The notes under the pieces were generated by a model. That model worked only from the letters and a program-made list of their open reading frames with translations, ran no database searches and had not been told where the DNA came from. The translations under genes were made by a program, and so were the position numbers. A DNA stretch of 64,000 nt from an uncultured Clostridia bacterium (lineage in GTDB: Bacteria > Bacillota > Clostridia > Oscillospirales > CAG-382), in contig CALWBE010000057.1 in assembly GCA_944375955.1 (NCBI GenBank), positions 5,346-69,345 of the forward strand. Direction: 5' to 3'. Below are positions 47,353-58,638 of this stretch, one piece after another (positions within the stretch are counted from its first letter, which is position 1; each line of letters begins with the position of its first letter).

Positions 47353-47599
47353 AATATATTTCTCCAAATTGTCTTAAAATTCTCCTTTATAATTATAATA
47401 AACTTTATATTTATTGTCAACAGTAAATGTCATACATAAAGCCGTAAAAAACGTAAAGAAAAAATGCTTTACTTAAAACATATGCTGACAAAATTCTCTT
47501 TTAAAGTATAAATAAACGCTCCGCACTTTTTTAATAATATAAGTGCGGAACGTGATAAATAATAAATATTTAGAGCTTAACAGAATTACAAAAAATTCT

Positions 47600-48229
47600 T
47601 TAATCTAAAAACAATATTTCTTCCAAAGCGGCGCAAAGATAATGATATACCGGAAGATGCAGTTCTTGTATTTTATATGTTTCATATTCTGGAACACGTA
47701 CTGTGACATCTGAAATATCAGACAAAATACTTTCTCTGCAGCCGGTAAGCGATAAGGTTTTTGAACCGCGGGCTTTGGCAGCTTTTATTGCATTTACGAT
47801 ATTTTTTGAATTGCCGGAAGTGGAAATGCCTATTACAAGATCATTTTTTCGGGCATATCCATAGACAAGCTGTGCATAAGCAAAATCGGCGTCAACATCG
47901 TTTGCAAAAGCTGAAAGAACTGCGCTTTGAGCTGTAAGAGATACTGCAGGTATAGCTTTCTGCAGCTTTTGAGCGAATTTATCTCCATCGTCATACAATT
48001 CTTCAAATATTTTTCTTTCGTCGTCACAAAGAGGACGCTTTGACAGAAATCCTTTCATAAGTTCACCTACAATATGATCGCTGTCGCTGCAGCTTCCTCC
48101 GTTGCCGCACACATATATTGTTCCGCCCGAAACGCAGGTATTTTTCATTAGGTTAAGGGCGGAGATTATATCTTTTTCACAATCGGAAAGTAAAGGATAA
48201 CGTGATATAAGTTCCTTTTTAATATCCAT
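47600..48229 (-). CDS. SIS-domain protein (phosphoheptose isomerase/DiaA-like)
   Basis: 'GGTIYVCGNGGSCSDSDHIVGELMK', 'DVDADFAYAQ', 'VIGISTSGNSKNI'. Confidence 0.8.
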   Translation of the reverse strand: MDIKKELISRYPLLSDCEKDIISALNLMKNTCVSGGTIYVCGNGGSCSDSDHIVGELMKGFLSKRPLCDDERKIFEELYDDGDKFAQKLQKAIPAVSLTAQSAVLSAFANDVDADFAYAQLVYGYARKNDLVIGISTSGNSKNIVNAIKAAKARGSKTLSLTGCRESILSDISDVTVRVPEYETYKIQELHLPVYHYLCAALEEILFLD

Positions 48230-48247
48230 TTTTTATATTCCTTTCTT

Positions 48248-49210
48248 TTAAGCTTCAAGCGCAAGTGATAAGGCGGCGTAATCGCCGATATTTTCTTTAA
48301 GAGCCGAAGGCACTACTTTGCATGCAGCGTAAGAAGAAGGCAGACACTCTCTTTGCATGACTTTATCGCATTCTTCAAAAAGAAGATGGCGGCTTCTTGT
48401 GAATATGCTGCCTATTATTATTCTTTGAGGATTTAAAATATCTACAAGCAAAGAAAGTCCGTAACCAAGCATCCTACCGGAAATTCTGTAAACTTCTTTT
48501 GCGGTTTTATCACCGGCATCTGCAGCTGCCGCAATATTTTTTGCGTCAATTTTTTCGATTTCGCCAAGGTTACGGCAATATTCTGGAATTATTCCGTTTT
48601 GAAGTGCTTCGATAGCTAAAGTCTTTCCTAACTGAGCGATACCTTTCCCGCTGCAGAATCCTTCAAAGGAGCCTGCTTTACCATATCCGGCAGGACCGTA
48701 TTCAGAAAGCCTTATATGCCCTGCTTCACCAGCGTTTCCGCATGAGCCCGAATAAAGTTTTCCCCCAAGAATAAGCCCTGCGCCTAATCCTGTTCCAAAA
48801 GTCAGAAATATAATGTTGTCAAAACCCTTTCCGGCTCCGAGACGCCATTCTGCAACGGCGCACGCATTTGCGTCGTTTTCAAGTACGGTTTTTATACCGG
48901 TTTTTTCTGTAAAAAATTTTACTATTTCAATGTTGTTCCAGCCGGGAAGATTTGGCGGCGACATGATCACACCTTTTTTAGGATCAAGAGGCCCGCCGCA
49001 GCTTATGCCTGATGCGGCAATATCTTTATATGAAAGCGAGTTTTGCTTTAATACAAAATTAATTTTTTCAAGAAGCTTATCAAGAGTTTCATATGGAGAT
49101 GTACATGTAAAAAACTTCTCTTTGCATGACACAGTCATTGTTCCGTCTTCATATTTCCCGAGGCTAACGGCGCATTTTGTTCCGCCGATATCTATTCCTA
49201 TATAATACAT
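48248..49210 (-). CDS. ROK family sugar kinase
   Basis: 'YIGIDIGGTK', 'ENDANACAVAEW', 'LTFGTGLGAGLI', 'CGNAGEAGH'. Confidence 0.88.
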   Translation of the reverse strand: MYYIGIDIGGTKCAVSLGKYEDGTMTVSCKEKFFTCTSPYETLDKLLEKINFVLKQNSLSYKDIAASGISCGGPLDPKKGVIMSPPNLPGWNNIEIVKFFTEKTGIKTVLENDANACAVAEWRLGAGKGFDNIIFLTFGTGLGAGLILGGKLYSGSCGNAGEAGHIRLSEYGPAGYGKAGSFEGFCSGKGIAQLGKTLAIEALQNGIIPEYCRNLGEIEKIDAKNIAAAADAGDKTAKEVYRISGRMLGYGLSLLVDILNPQRIIIGSIFTRSRHLLFEECDKVMQRECLPSSYAACKVVPSALKENIGDYAALSLALEA

Positions 49211-49217
49211 TTACTTA

Positions 49218-51551
49218 TCAAAACCCTTCAAATTGATCAAATCCGCATTTTTCAAGACAAGACATATAGTGATTAAAATCAATGCCTATAATATTTGTAA
49301 AATAATGATTTCTGCATATAGAACCGTCAGGCATAGTCCATTCTATGAGATAGAATTTCTTTTCGCCTTCACTGATTTTTATCTCAGCTACTTTTGAAGA
49401 TTTATTTGCAAAGGCAGTACCGCCTCCTGAAATAACTGTAATATCGTCAGTAAGATTTATTACTTTATATGTAAATAAACAGTTATCGCTTGTATCGTTC
49501 AATGCGTAGAGAGAAAGAATATTATTTTCAGGCTCATCAAACGCGAGACATACTGGCTGCTGTGAACGTTTGATATAATGATATGCGAGCTTTTTTGTAA
49601 AATAATAGTCAACCACAGCGTCTGAAAACTGCGGCCAGCCGTCAATAATATTCCACCAGATAATACCTGATCTGCGAGGCTTGGATATTCTGAAACGTTC
49701 AATATAATATTTCACTGCTTCGCCCTGTGATATCTGACTTTTTTTGGCAAAATCTTCAAGGTTTTCAGGAGGATCTTTAAATAGAGTTGAAACCTGATCT
49801 GCCATAAGTTTAATGCGGTAAGCAAAAGGCGCATTGTTTTCAAGTTCCATACATGCGGCATGAGCGAGCCATGATTTTTTAGCTTCACCGTTGCTTAGGT
49901 CATACCATGGCCACAGATCGTTTTCCGGAATGAATTTTTTCACAGATTCAGGAGACGGACAGGCATGATATCCTGTTTCTGATGCAAAATGACAAACGGT
50001 ATTTTTGTAATAATCACCTTTAAAATAATCACGAGGCCCCCAGAGATGATCCTCGGAGGTGTCGGCACCGGTACGCATTGTTTCCTCTGTGATGTAGGGG
50101 GAACTCGGCAGATAGGGCCGGGTAAAATCATGTGCTTCGCAGATTTTGGCAAGCACTTTTCTTGTTACAGCATTATTGTCGGGATTTCGTATAATTCCTC
50201 CCCATGACATATATGCATAATCGCCCTCATTATCTCCTGCCCATAAAATGAGTGCGGGATGATTTCGAAGCCGTTTTATTGTAAAAATTGCTTCCTCATT
50301 TAACAGATCGTAAAACTTTTTTTCCTGCGGATAAACTGCACAGCCCATTGCAAAGTCCTGCCATACCATAATGCCGTATTTATCGCAAAGAGAATAAAAT
50401 TCATCGCTTTCATACACATTTCCGCCCCAGCAGCGAACAATGTTTGATCCAACATCATAAAGCAGTTCAAACGCTTTTTGAAGCCTTTGTGAATCTCTTG
50501 AATGGAAAGGGTCAAGAGGAACCCAGTTTGATCCCATTGCAAATATGCGTTCCCCATTTATTATAAAGCAGAAGTCGCCGTTGCCGTTTTTATCGGTTGT
50601 ATTAGTTCTTTTAAGCTCAACTGTTCTTATGCCGATGTCAAGATGTTTGCTGTCGACAGGGTTGCCTTTGTAGAGGAGAGTAATATCTGTAGAATATAAG
50701 TTTTGTTTTCCGAAATACCGTGGCCACCAGTATTGACAGTTTGTAATATCCATTTCAAGCCTTGCCTGGCTTGCAAATAATTTCTGATATCCTTCAAAAC
50801 GGCTGTTGCCGCAGCTGCCTTTTATCACTACGGAATAATCCTGAGTTTTATCTTCAGAAAGGTCAAAGCTGCAGAAAGCGGATATGCGTGCGCCAGAGGA
50901 CTTTTTATCGATACTAAGCGTATAAATAAAAGCATCGTTTATACGATCAGATTTTCTTTCCTTGATATATACAGGTTTCCATAACCCGGAAGAGACTATT
51001 CTCGGCATAATATCCCAGCCGTACATGTGAGCGGCTTTTCTGATATAAAGAGATGCATACCCGTAATCTAAGCTATTGCAGACAGCAGGGAGTTCATATT
51101 TGCGTGCTTCAATCATAGCAGGTTTTATATGTACAATGAGTTCGTTGTCCTTTTCTTTCAGAGAGTAAAGCGGTATCTCATATGAAATGTACATATTTTC
51201 GGTATGTTTGACAAGTGTTCCGTTTATATAGATATCAGCTATTGTATCTATTCCGTCAAGGCAAAGAGAGCAATGCGATCCCGGGTTGTCAAAAAGCGTG
51301 AAATAAATTATATGAATATTTTCATAGTCCTGCATTTTTATAATGTTTGTCCCGAAAAACGGATCAAAATCTATAAGTCCAGCAGAAATCATATCAAGCT
51401 CAGTATTCCCGGGTACGGAAGCTGAAATGATCGGGAAACCGGATTTTCTGATATCTGCTATTGTTCTGATCGATACACCCGCATCAATAAAGGGTTTGTT
51501 TTCAGCTATCATAGCAGAAAAATTTTCAAGATGCGCAAGAATCTTTTCCAA
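49218..51551 (-). CDS. Glycoside hydrolase family 2 protein (beta-mannosidase-like)
   Basis: 'ASVPGNTELDMISAGLIDFDPFFG', 'NGERIFAMGSNWVP', 'RCWGGNVYE', 'WQDF', 'GIIWWNIIDGWPQFSDAVVDYY'. AAAGGAGG RBS points to the TTG at 51551 (alternative ATG 51512). The ORF-track N-terminus is likely spurious. Confidence 0.78.
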   Translation of the reverse strand: MEKILAHLENFSAMIAENKPFIDAGVSIRTIADIRKSGFPIISASVPGNTELDMISAGLIDFDPFFGTNIIKMQDYENIHIIYFTLFDNPGSHCSLCLDGIDTIADIYINGTLVKHTENMYISYEIPLYSLKEKDNELIVHIKPAMIEARKYELPAVCNSLDYGYASLYIRKAAHMYGWDIMPRIVSSGLWKPVYIKERKSDRINDAFIYTLSIDKKSSGARISAFCSFDLSEDKTQDYSVVIKGSCGNSRFEGYQKLFASQARLEMDITNCQYWWPRYFGKQNLYSTDITLLYKGNPVDSKHLDIGIRTVELKRTNTTDKNGNGDFCFIINGERIFAMGSNWVPLDPFHSRDSQRLQKAFELLYDVGSNIVRCWGGNVYESDEFYSLCDKYGIMVWQDFAMGCAVYPQEKKFYDLLNEEAIFTIKRLRNHPALILWAGDNEGDYAYMSWGGIIRNPDNNAVTRKVLAKICEAHDFTRPYLPSSPYITEETMRTGADTSEDHLWGPRDYFKGDYYKNTVCHFASETGYHACPSPESVKKFIPENDLWPWYDLSNGEAKKSWLAHAACMELENNAPFAYRIKLMADQVSTLFKDPPENLEDFAKKSQISQGEAVKYYIERFRISKPRRSGIIWWNIIDGWPQFSDAVVDYYFTKKLAYHYIKRSQQPVCLAFDEPENNILSLYALNDTSDNCLFTYKVINLTDDITVISGGGTAFANKSSKVAEIKISEGEKKFYLIEWTMPDGSICRNHYFTNIIGIDFNHYMSCLEKCGFDQFEGF

Positions 51552-51848
51552 GTTTATAATGCCTCCTTTATAACTTATATAAAATTTAACACAGAGAATT
51601 TTCTCTGAATCATTTAAAAGTATCTTCTCAGAATATAATATATAATAAAAAATAATTTGTAAACGCATTTTTTCGGTTAATTTGTTTGCTTTTTCGGATT
51701 TTAAACATTTTTATATTTGCGTTTTATAAAGAATGACGAAACAGAGAAGGTTTTTGTAAAAAAATATTATATATACTTGCTTTTTTTTATATTATATAGT
51801 AAAATGTAAAATATGAATTAAATAAAAATAAAATACGGAGATGAAAAT

Positions 51849-52712
51849 ATGTTAGTATCGGCAAAAGAAATGCTTACAAAAGCAAAAGAGGGACATTATG
51901 CAGTAGGACAATTTAACATAAATAATCTTGAGTGGACAAAGGCTATCCTTCTCACTGCTCAGGAGCTTAATTCGCCTGTTATTCTCGGAGTATCTGAAGG
52001 AGCCGGAAAATATATGTGCGGATACAAAACGGTCGTAGGAATGGTTAACGGTATGCTTGAATCGCTTAATATAACCGTTCCGGTTGCGCTTCATCTTGAT
52101 CACGGTTCATATGAAGGGGCTCTTGCATGTATAGACGCAGGTTTTTCATCTGTAATGTTTGACGGATCTCATTATCCGATCGAAGAAAATATAGCAAAGA
52201 CAAAAGAGCTTGTAAGGCTTACGGGAGAAAAGGGGATTTCTCTTGAAGCTGAAGTAGGAGCTATCGGCGGAGAAGAAGACGGAGTGGTTGGTGCCGGCGA
52301 ATGTGCTGATCCGGATGAATGTAAAATGATTGCAGATCTCGGAGTTACAATGCTTGCTGCCGGAATCGGAAACATTCATGGAAAATATCCTGAAAACTGG
52401 CCTGGACTTTCATTTGAAACTCTTGACGCCGTTCAGAAAAAAACCGGAAAGATGCCCTTGGTATTGCACGGCGGAACCGGAATTCCTGCGGACATGATAA
52501 AAAAGGCTATTTCGCTCGGCGTATCTAAAATAAACGTAAATACCGAATGTCAGCTTGCTTTTGCAGAAGCTACGAGAAAGTACATAGAAGCTGGAAAAGA
52601 TCTTGTCGGCAAAGGTTATGATCCGAGAAAACTCCTTGCTCCCGGATTTGAGGCAATAAAAGTTACTGTTAAAGAAAAAATGGAACTTTTCGGATCAGTT
52701 AATAAAGCATAA
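51849..52712 (+). CDS. fba: Class II fructose-1,6-bisphosphate aldolase
   Basis: 'GHYAVGQFNINNLEW', 'VALHLDHG', 'SVMFDGS', 'LEAEVGAIGGEEDG', 'GNIHGKY', 'LVLHGGTG'. Confidence 0.93.
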   Translation: MLVSAKEMLTKAKEGHYAVGQFNINNLEWTKAILLTAQELNSPVILGVSEGAGKYMCGYKTVVGMVNGMLESLNITVPVALHLDHGSYEGALACIDAGFSSVMFDGSHYPIEENIAKTKELVRLTGEKGISLEAEVGAIGGEEDGVVGAGECADPDECKMIADLGVTMLAAGIGNIHGKYPENWPGLSFETLDAVQKKTGKMPLVLHGGTGIPADMIKKAISLGVSKINVNTECQLAFAEATRKYIEAGKDLVGKGYDPRKLLAPGFEAIKVTVKEKMELFGSVNKA

Positions 52713-52784
52713 TTAGCTTTACTTAAATTTAATTGTCTGGATTCGGCTTTAAAACTTTAATAATCTATATTTGGAATAATTTTT

Positions 52785-52814
52785 ATGGTTTTCGGCAAAT
52801 TTGCCGAAAACCAT
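52785..52814 (+). terminator. fba terminator
   Basis: Perfect 30-nt palindrome ATGGTTTTCGGCAAA/TTTGCCGAAAACCAT followed by ATTTTCT. Confidence 0.7.
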
Positions 52815-52892
52815 ATTTTCTGTAAAAATCATATTATAAAGAAAAAACTCAAGAATATTAAAATATACGGGATATTTTGCGGAGAAAAACTC

Positions 52893-54146
52893 ATGTCATC
52901 TACAAAAAGAAAGTATGCTTTAACAAAGTTTGCCTGTTATATGGGATATATAACTCAGGCTGTAGTCATAAATCTTGCCCCGCTTCTCTTTGTTATTTTT
53001 AAGGAGACATACGGCGTATCTTATGAAATGCTGGCAAGGATTGTTCTTGTAAATTTTGCAGTACAGATAATAGCTGACATTATTTCTATAAAATTGTCGC
53101 GAATTTTTTCCTTTAAAACTTTGTCTGTCACGGCACATGTTTTATCAGTTGCGGGACTTGTAATGTTTGCTGTCTTTCCCCTTTTATCTCCACGGCCGTA
53201 CGCCGGAATAATTGCGGCGACTGTGCTGTATGCGTTCGGTGGCGGAATGATAGAAGTCATAATAACCCCAATTATTGACGCCTGCGATGCTGAGGAAAGC
53301 GGGGAAAAAGGACCTGCTGCGATCGCATTCCTGCATTCGTTTTATTGCTGGGGCCATGTGTTGGTAGTATTGCTTTCAACTCTTTTTTTAAAAGCGTTCG
53401 GAAACGGTTTATGGTATTTTTTGCCTTTTTTATGGGCAGTAATACCGGCTTTAAATATTTTTCTTTTTGTCTTTTCAAAAATGCCTGCGCGTATTGAAGA
53501 GGAACATGGAATATCGCTTAAAGAGCTCTTTTCAGTCAAATTTTTTATTCTTGCGGCCCTGCTTATGATGACTGCGGGAGCGTCCGAACAGGCTGTAGCT
53601 CAATGGGCATCGCTTTTTGCAGAAAAAGGACTTGGGGTTTCTAAAATGACGGGAGATCTTTTGGGACCAATGTGCTTTGCTGTCTCAATGGCTGTTATAA
53701 GGATAACAGCTGGGCTCTTTGGAAATAAGATCGGAGCAAGACGGCTGCTTATGGCAAGTTCATGTTTGTGTATAATAAGCTATTGTCTTATGGTGTTTGT
53801 AAAAGTGCCGGCAATTTCGCTTATAGGTTGTTCACTTTGCGGTTTTTCTGTCGGTTTTATGTGGCCTGGGGTTTTAAGTCTTTCTTCAGAAAAAATACCT
53901 AACGGAGGCACTGCGATGTTCGGAGTTTTGGCATTTTTCGGAGATGTCGGTTGCTCTCTTGGGCCATGGATAGCTGGAATAGTATCTGATATGTCGGGTA
54001 AACACGCATCTGAATTGGCGGCACTGCCGTTTTTCTCATCTCTTGACGCAGATCAGATAGGACTGAAATGCGGTATATTTGCGGCGATAGTATTTCCGCT
54101 TACAATGTTTGTCGTTATTAAATCTTTGAAGAAATCAAATAAATAA
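52893..54146 (+). CDS. MFS transporter
   Basis: About 12 predicted TM helices. Start at ATG 52893 (MSSTKRKY), because the upstream part of the ORF overlaps the fba terminator. Confidence 0.75.
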   Translation: MSSTKRKYALTKFACYMGYITQAVVINLAPLLFVIFKETYGVSYEMLARIVLVNFAVQIIADIISIKLSRIFSFKTLSVTAHVLSVAGLVMFAVFPLLSPRPYAGIIAATVLYAFGGGMIEVIITPIIDACDAEESGEKGPAAIAFLHSFYCWGHVLVVLLSTLFLKAFGNGLWYFLPFLWAVIPALNIFLFVFSKMPARIEEEHGISLKELFSVKFFILAALLMMTAGASEQAVAQWASLFAEKGLGVSKMTGDLLGPMCFAVSMAVIRITAGLFGNKIGARRLLMASSCLCIISYCLMVFVKVPAISLIGCSLCGFSVGFMWPGVLSLSSEKIPNGGTAMFGVLAFFGDVGCSLGPWIAGIVSDMSGKHASELAALPFFSSLDADQIGLKCGIFAAIVFPLTMFVVIKSLKKSNK

Positions 54147-54225
54147 TTCCAGATATATAGTTTCGGAAGTAAAAAATCCCGGAGAAATTTTCTCCGGGAT
54201 TTTTATGTTAATAAATAACAGTATA

Positions 54226-55938
54226 TTATTTTTCTGCATCGCAGTTATAATCCATGCATACTCTGCTTACTGAAAGACCATTAAGGAAAAACCGCGCGCT
54301 TTTCAGGTAAACGGTGTTCATTTTTCCTGATGAAGCTTCAAGCGCAAAAATATCTTTAGGGAATTTTTGCCAGCCGTATCTGTCTTCATCGGCACCGTCA
54401 AGGAATTTCCCGTCGGATAAAGCATAAATTATGCCGGCTTTGCAGTCAACAGTCAAAGCGATAGTGCGTCTTGCACCCATAACTCCGGTTTTTTGGAACA
54501 CGGTTGTACTGAGGGTGTTGCAAGTTCCGATTGAAACTTTAAAATAACCTTCGGAATTTACGGATAATTTGATACCGGCAGGGTGAAGCTTTCCTGAAGT
54601 TGTATCAAGCAAAACTGTCGAGCAGGGAATATTGGTAAAATCAACGTCAAGAATGATAGTTAATATGTTGTCTTCCAAAGTAATATTGGGGAGAGTAAAA
54701 ACTTCAGAGCTGACAAGAAGATCTTCTTTCGCTTTGGAGGCGGATTTTTGATTCCACATATCTTCAAGGAAAGCTGCGGGAATTTCATGAAAACGAGTTA
54801 TGCTCTTCTGAGTTTCGCTTATATAGTATTTCCCATCGTTTTCAAAAAAGTCTGGATAGCTAATGCGGTTATCGCATCTGTCGTCATAAAGACCTATTTC
54901 AGGTTCTGACCATTCAATTACCATGCCGTCGGGAGTTTGTTTTTCGGTTCCGGCAAGAAGCCAGGCGGGATTTCTTCCGTCCCAGGTTTTTCCTCCGTTA
55001 TTATGGAACCAGTAAAGATATTTGCCGTTTGAGCATTTCCACACGAAATTAGCGGCTCTCACATGCTTTACCGGCCTTCCGTCAGGATAGCGCATAAAAT
55101 CTGATTCAGCCCATGTATGACCTCCGTCACGGCTGTATGTACAGGATGAATGTCCTGAAACAGTTCTAAAAACACAGAACAATGATCCGTCGGAAAGAGG
55201 AACAAAGCACTGTTCTTCAGCTACAGTTCCTGCATTTTTAGGAGCGGCGATGCCCTTTGTGCCGTCAGGCAGGGTTTCCCAGTTGATTTTTTCGGGATCG
55301 CGTTCATGCGCTAAGTTGTCGCTGACTAATAAAACGCCTTCCGAACGATACATGAAGTCTTCATACTTATACTGAAATTTTATCATAGCATGATAAAATT
55401 TACCTTCAAAGAAAAATGGCTTTGATACATTCCAGAATAGAAATCTTTTTTTGCCGCGGCAGGTGAGAGGATTATCAAGGTCAATGTCAAAAGTACGCAT
55501 AGGAATACTGTAGCGCTCTTTTGACCAGGTTTTTCCGTTGTCATCGCTGTACTTGAAACAGAAGATGCCGAAGCCCATATCATATCTCCAAAGCTTTGCA
55601 CGTTTACCGTCAGGCTCTGTAAAAACATCATCATTTGTAAAGCCTTCGTCATTTAGATCATAAAAGCAGTATATACGCCCGTAATCAGTCATGATTAGAG
55701 TTGAATACGAACTTTCATACGGACAGTCATCAAGCCTTTCAAGTTCACTCCATGTTTTACCATTGTCATAGCTTCTGCTTATACCTACAAACGTACCGGA
55801 AGCTCCTTCTACTCCCTGAGCTGTCGTAACAGCGCATATCATGGTTCCATCGGGAGCAAGTATGATTTCGGGCTGATCGGCATAATCGTAAGACGGTATG
55901 AGAACACCGTTGGCGATGTTTCTAAAATCTTTACTCAT
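54226..55938 (-). CDS. BNR/Asp-box repeat glycosyl hydrolase (exo-alpha-sialidase-like), no signal peptide
   Basis: Asp-boxes 'SYDNGKTWS', 'SDDNGKTWS', 'SRDGGHTWA'. AAGGAG RBS supports ATG 55938. Confidence 0.78.
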   Translation of the reverse strand: MSKDFRNIANGVLIPSYDYADQPEIILAPDGTMICAVTTAQGVEGASGTFVGISRSYDNGKTWSELERLDDCPYESSYSTLIMTDYGRIYCFYDLNDEGFTNDDVFTEPDGKRAKLWRYDMGFGIFCFKYSDDNGKTWSKERYSIPMRTFDIDLDNPLTCRGKKRFLFWNVSKPFFFEGKFYHAMIKFQYKYEDFMYRSEGVLLVSDNLAHERDPEKINWETLPDGTKGIAAPKNAGTVAEEQCFVPLSDGSLFCVFRTVSGHSSCTYSRDGGHTWAESDFMRYPDGRPVKHVRAANFVWKCSNGKYLYWFHNNGGKTWDGRNPAWLLAGTEKQTPDGMVIEWSEPEIGLYDDRCDNRISYPDFFENDGKYYISETQKSITRFHEIPAAFLEDMWNQKSASKAKEDLLVSSEVFTLPNITLEDNILTIILDVDFTNIPCSTVLLDTTSGKLHPAGIKLSVNSEGYFKVSIGTCNTLSTTVFQKTGVMGARRTIALTVDCKAGIIYALSDGKFLDGADEDRYGWQKFPKDIFALEASSGKMNTVYLKSARFFLNGLSVSRVCMDYNCDAEK

Positions 55939-56078
55939 AGAAAATTCTCCTTTTGCTATATAATTTTCAGTTGAAAAATACATGCTAATATTTTAAAAAT
56001 AATGATTTTTTCAAAAGTGATTATAACATTATTGATTTGGGTTTTCAATAGAAATAGAAAAAAGGTAGTTTATGTTTT

Positions 56079-56855
56079 TTAAGATCCGGTAGATTTATAT
56101 TTTCTTAATCCGAATTTAAAGAAGCAGTAGCATGGAATCATAAACAGGAATCCCATCAAAGGTAGAAATATCAAGCCTATATTATCTGATCTTCCGATTA
56201 AATAAAGCAGGGGATAGTATTGGAAAAGAGCAATAGGTATCACGTATGTGAAAAATTTAAGAATTCCTTCGCCGTAGATTGACATAGGGTATTTTCCGAA
56301 CTCACGGCTTCCGTCTGTAAATATATTCATGAATTCCAAACCTTCAATAGTAAAAAAACTGAATCCGGCATATAGAACAAATAGTGAAGAAAATACAGCT
56401 ATACCGCCGGTTACCATAAGAAATGCAGTTAATATTTTGTCAAGAGTCCAAATGATACCGCTTGCGGGAATGGCATATATCAGCATCAGTATCGCCTGAA
56501 GAAGTCTTCCGATACGCGAAAATTCAATATTTGAAGTAAGTACCTGAAATATCTCATTCCGAGGCCTTACAAGAATACGGTCTAAATTCCCGCTTTGAAT
56601 CAGTCTTGGGAAGACGTCAAATCCGCGAACGAAACACTCGGTGACGGAAAATGACATCAAAACGATGGAAAAACATAGAAGTATTTCAGAAAACTCGAAT
56701 CCTTTTACTGTATGAAAACGCGAAAACATAAAATATATTCCTAAAAAAGCGGTGAAAGAGACCAAAAACTGTCCTGATGCAGTCATAATAAAAGACGCCT
56801 TGTACTGCATCTGAGATTTTAAAAGCATAGCGACATATTTAAAATACAGCTTCAT
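56079..56855 (-). CDS. ABC-2 family transporter permease
   Basis: Six hydrophobic helices. Last gene of a three-gene ABC operon. Confidence 0.7.
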   Translation of the reverse strand: MKLYFKYVAMLLKSQMQYKASFIMTASGQFLVSFTAFLGIYFMFSRFHTVKGFEFSEILLCFSIVLMSFSVTECFVRGFDVFPRLIQSGNLDRILVRPRNEIFQVLTSNIEFSRIGRLLQAILMLIYAIPASGIIWTLDKILTAFLMVTGGIAVFSSLFVLYAGFSFFTIEGLEFMNIFTDGSREFGKYPMSIYGEGILKFFTYVIPIALFQYYPLLYLIGRSDNIGLIFLPLMGFLFMIPCYCFFKFGLRKYKSTGS

Positions 56856-56863
56856 AAGTTTTC

Positions 56864-57667
56864 TCAGCCTCCCTGAACAACTACTTTTTTCAGAGCTTTC
56901 TTAAAAAGAATACGTCCAACAAGTGTCATGGCCGCAAACCAAAAAATCTGCACTGTTATACTTCTTAAAGTATCGGCACCGTTCATATGTCCGGTGTATA
57001 TAAGAAACGGCGTATTCTGCATGGAAGAAAAAGGCAGAGCATATATAATTGTCTGTAAAGATTCGGGAAAGAAAGGTATGGGTATTATCGAGCCAGAAAA
57101 GAATTCAGTTACCGAGACGGCAATTATACGTACTCCATTGGGGGACAAGGTATAAAACGCCGATATGTATATAAGCATTGAAAAAGATATCAATACTAAA
57201 AAGCCGAGTATTACTGAAATAAGAAACAGAAACGCCGCCGCAGGATTCGGCGGAAGCGTAATATTAAATGGGGAGGGAAGCAAAGCGGCTACAATAAGGA
57301 TAGGAAAACATCTAAGTACCGTCCTTGAAAGCCTTACAGCCATGTTTTTTACAAACCACATATAATATATATCACATGGCCGGCACAGCTCATACGCTAT
57401 GCCTCCGGAGGTTATACTATCAAATATTTCATTATCAAAAAACCACGCCATAAACATTGCAAGAAAAGCCTGTTGCATCCATATATAGCTTGACAGCTCA
57501 GGGAAAGTCATCGGAAAGCTGTTTTTGCCGTCCTGGTAGAAAGCCCAGAACATAAGAACAGTCAAGCCTCCCCACGCAAACTGTGTTGAAATGCCCGCCC
57601 ATGCTGCAGCACGGTATTGAAGACCTGAAATAAATCTTATTTTAAAGAAAGACATGTATTTTTTCAT
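56864..57667 (-). CDS. ABC-2 family transporter permease
   Basis: Polytopic membrane protein. Overlaps the ATPase gene by 4 nt. Confidence 0.7.
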   Translation of the reverse strand: MKKYMSFFKIRFISGLQYRAAAWAGISTQFAWGGLTVLMFWAFYQDGKNSFPMTFPELSSYIWMQQAFLAMFMAWFFDNEIFDSITSGGIAYELCRPCDIYYMWFVKNMAVRLSRTVLRCFPILIVAALLPSPFNITLPPNPAAAFLFLISVILGFLVLISFSMLIYISAFYTLSPNGVRIIAVSVTEFFSGSIIPIPFFPESLQTIIYALPFSSMQNTPFLIYTGHMNGADTLRSITVQIFWFAAMTLVGRILFKKALKKVVVQGG

Positions 57668-58638
57668 ATGTTAAATTCCTTGTAAAGAGAAACTACAGTT
57701 TTGTCAATTGTTTCTCCGGCAACGGATATATCCTTTATCTCCACATTGGCAGATATATCCGATATTGCCTGAGAAACAGTCATCAAATTTGTGTCTATGA
57801 TTATTTCGGCATGTCCGTTAAGGTCTTTAATAACTGACATATTTTCATATTCCGGCAATTTTTCTCCGGTATAGTCTACAGTAAGCGTTTTGTGAGAGGA
57901 ATTGCGCATTTTAAGTTCAGATAAAGAACCGTCGAGAAGAATACGTCCTTTCCCTATGAGCAATATCCGTTCGGTAAGCGCTTCAATGTCCTGCATGTCA
58001 TGAGTGGTAAGTATAACAGTAGTTTTGTTTTCGCGGTTTATTGTTTTTATAAAATCTCGTACGGCAATTTTTGAAACTGCATCAAGTCCGATAGTCGGCT
58101 CGTCTAAAAAAAGGATTTTAGGACTGTGCAGAAGGGATGCGGCTATTTCACATCTCATTCTTTGGCCAAGAGAAAGCTGCCTTGCCGGAGTTTTTACTAT
58201 TTCGCATATATTCAAAAGCTCGATAAGCTGTGCCAGCGTTTTTTTATAGTCAGGTTCAGCAACATTATAAATGTCACGTATCAGCTCAAAGCTGTCTATA
58301 ACCGGAACATCCCACCAAAGCTGAGAGCGCTGTCCAAAAACAACGCCGATTTCCTTTACATGACGGATACGGTCTTTCCAAGGTATACGGCCGTTTATCA
58401 CACATTCTCCGCTGTCTGGAGTAAGAATTCCGCTCATAATTTTTATAGTACTGCTTTTTCCGGCACCGTTAGGACCTATATATCCGACCATTTCACCGTC
58501 GCCTATTGTAAAAGATATGTCTTGCAATGCTTTTATGTAAGTGTAGTCTTTTTTGAACAGTGCCTTTACTGCTTCGGAAAAGCCCGCGTTTCGTTTTGCT
58601 ACTTTAAAAGTCTTGCTGATATTTTTAAGTTCTATCAT
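57664..58638 (-). CDS. ABC transporter ATP-binding protein
   Basis: Walker A 'GPNGAGKSS', signature 'LSLGQRMR', Walker B 'LFLDEPT', H-loop 'TTHDM'. Confidence 0.93.
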   Translation of the reverse strand: MIELKNISKTFKVAKRNAGFSEAVKALFKKDYTYIKALQDISFTIGDGEMVGYIGPNGAGKSSTIKIMSGILTPDSGECVINGRIPWKDRIRHVKEIGVVFGQRSQLWWDVPVIDSFELIRDIYNVAEPDYKKTLAQLIELLNICEIVKTPARQLSLGQRMRCEIAASLLHSPKILFLDEPTIGLDAVSKIAVRDFIKTINRENKTTVILTTHDMQDIEALTERILLIGKGRILLDGSLSELKMRNSSHKTLTVDYTGEKLPEYENMSVIKDLNGHAEIIIDTNLMTVSQAISDISANVEIKDISVAGETIDKTVVSLYKEFNI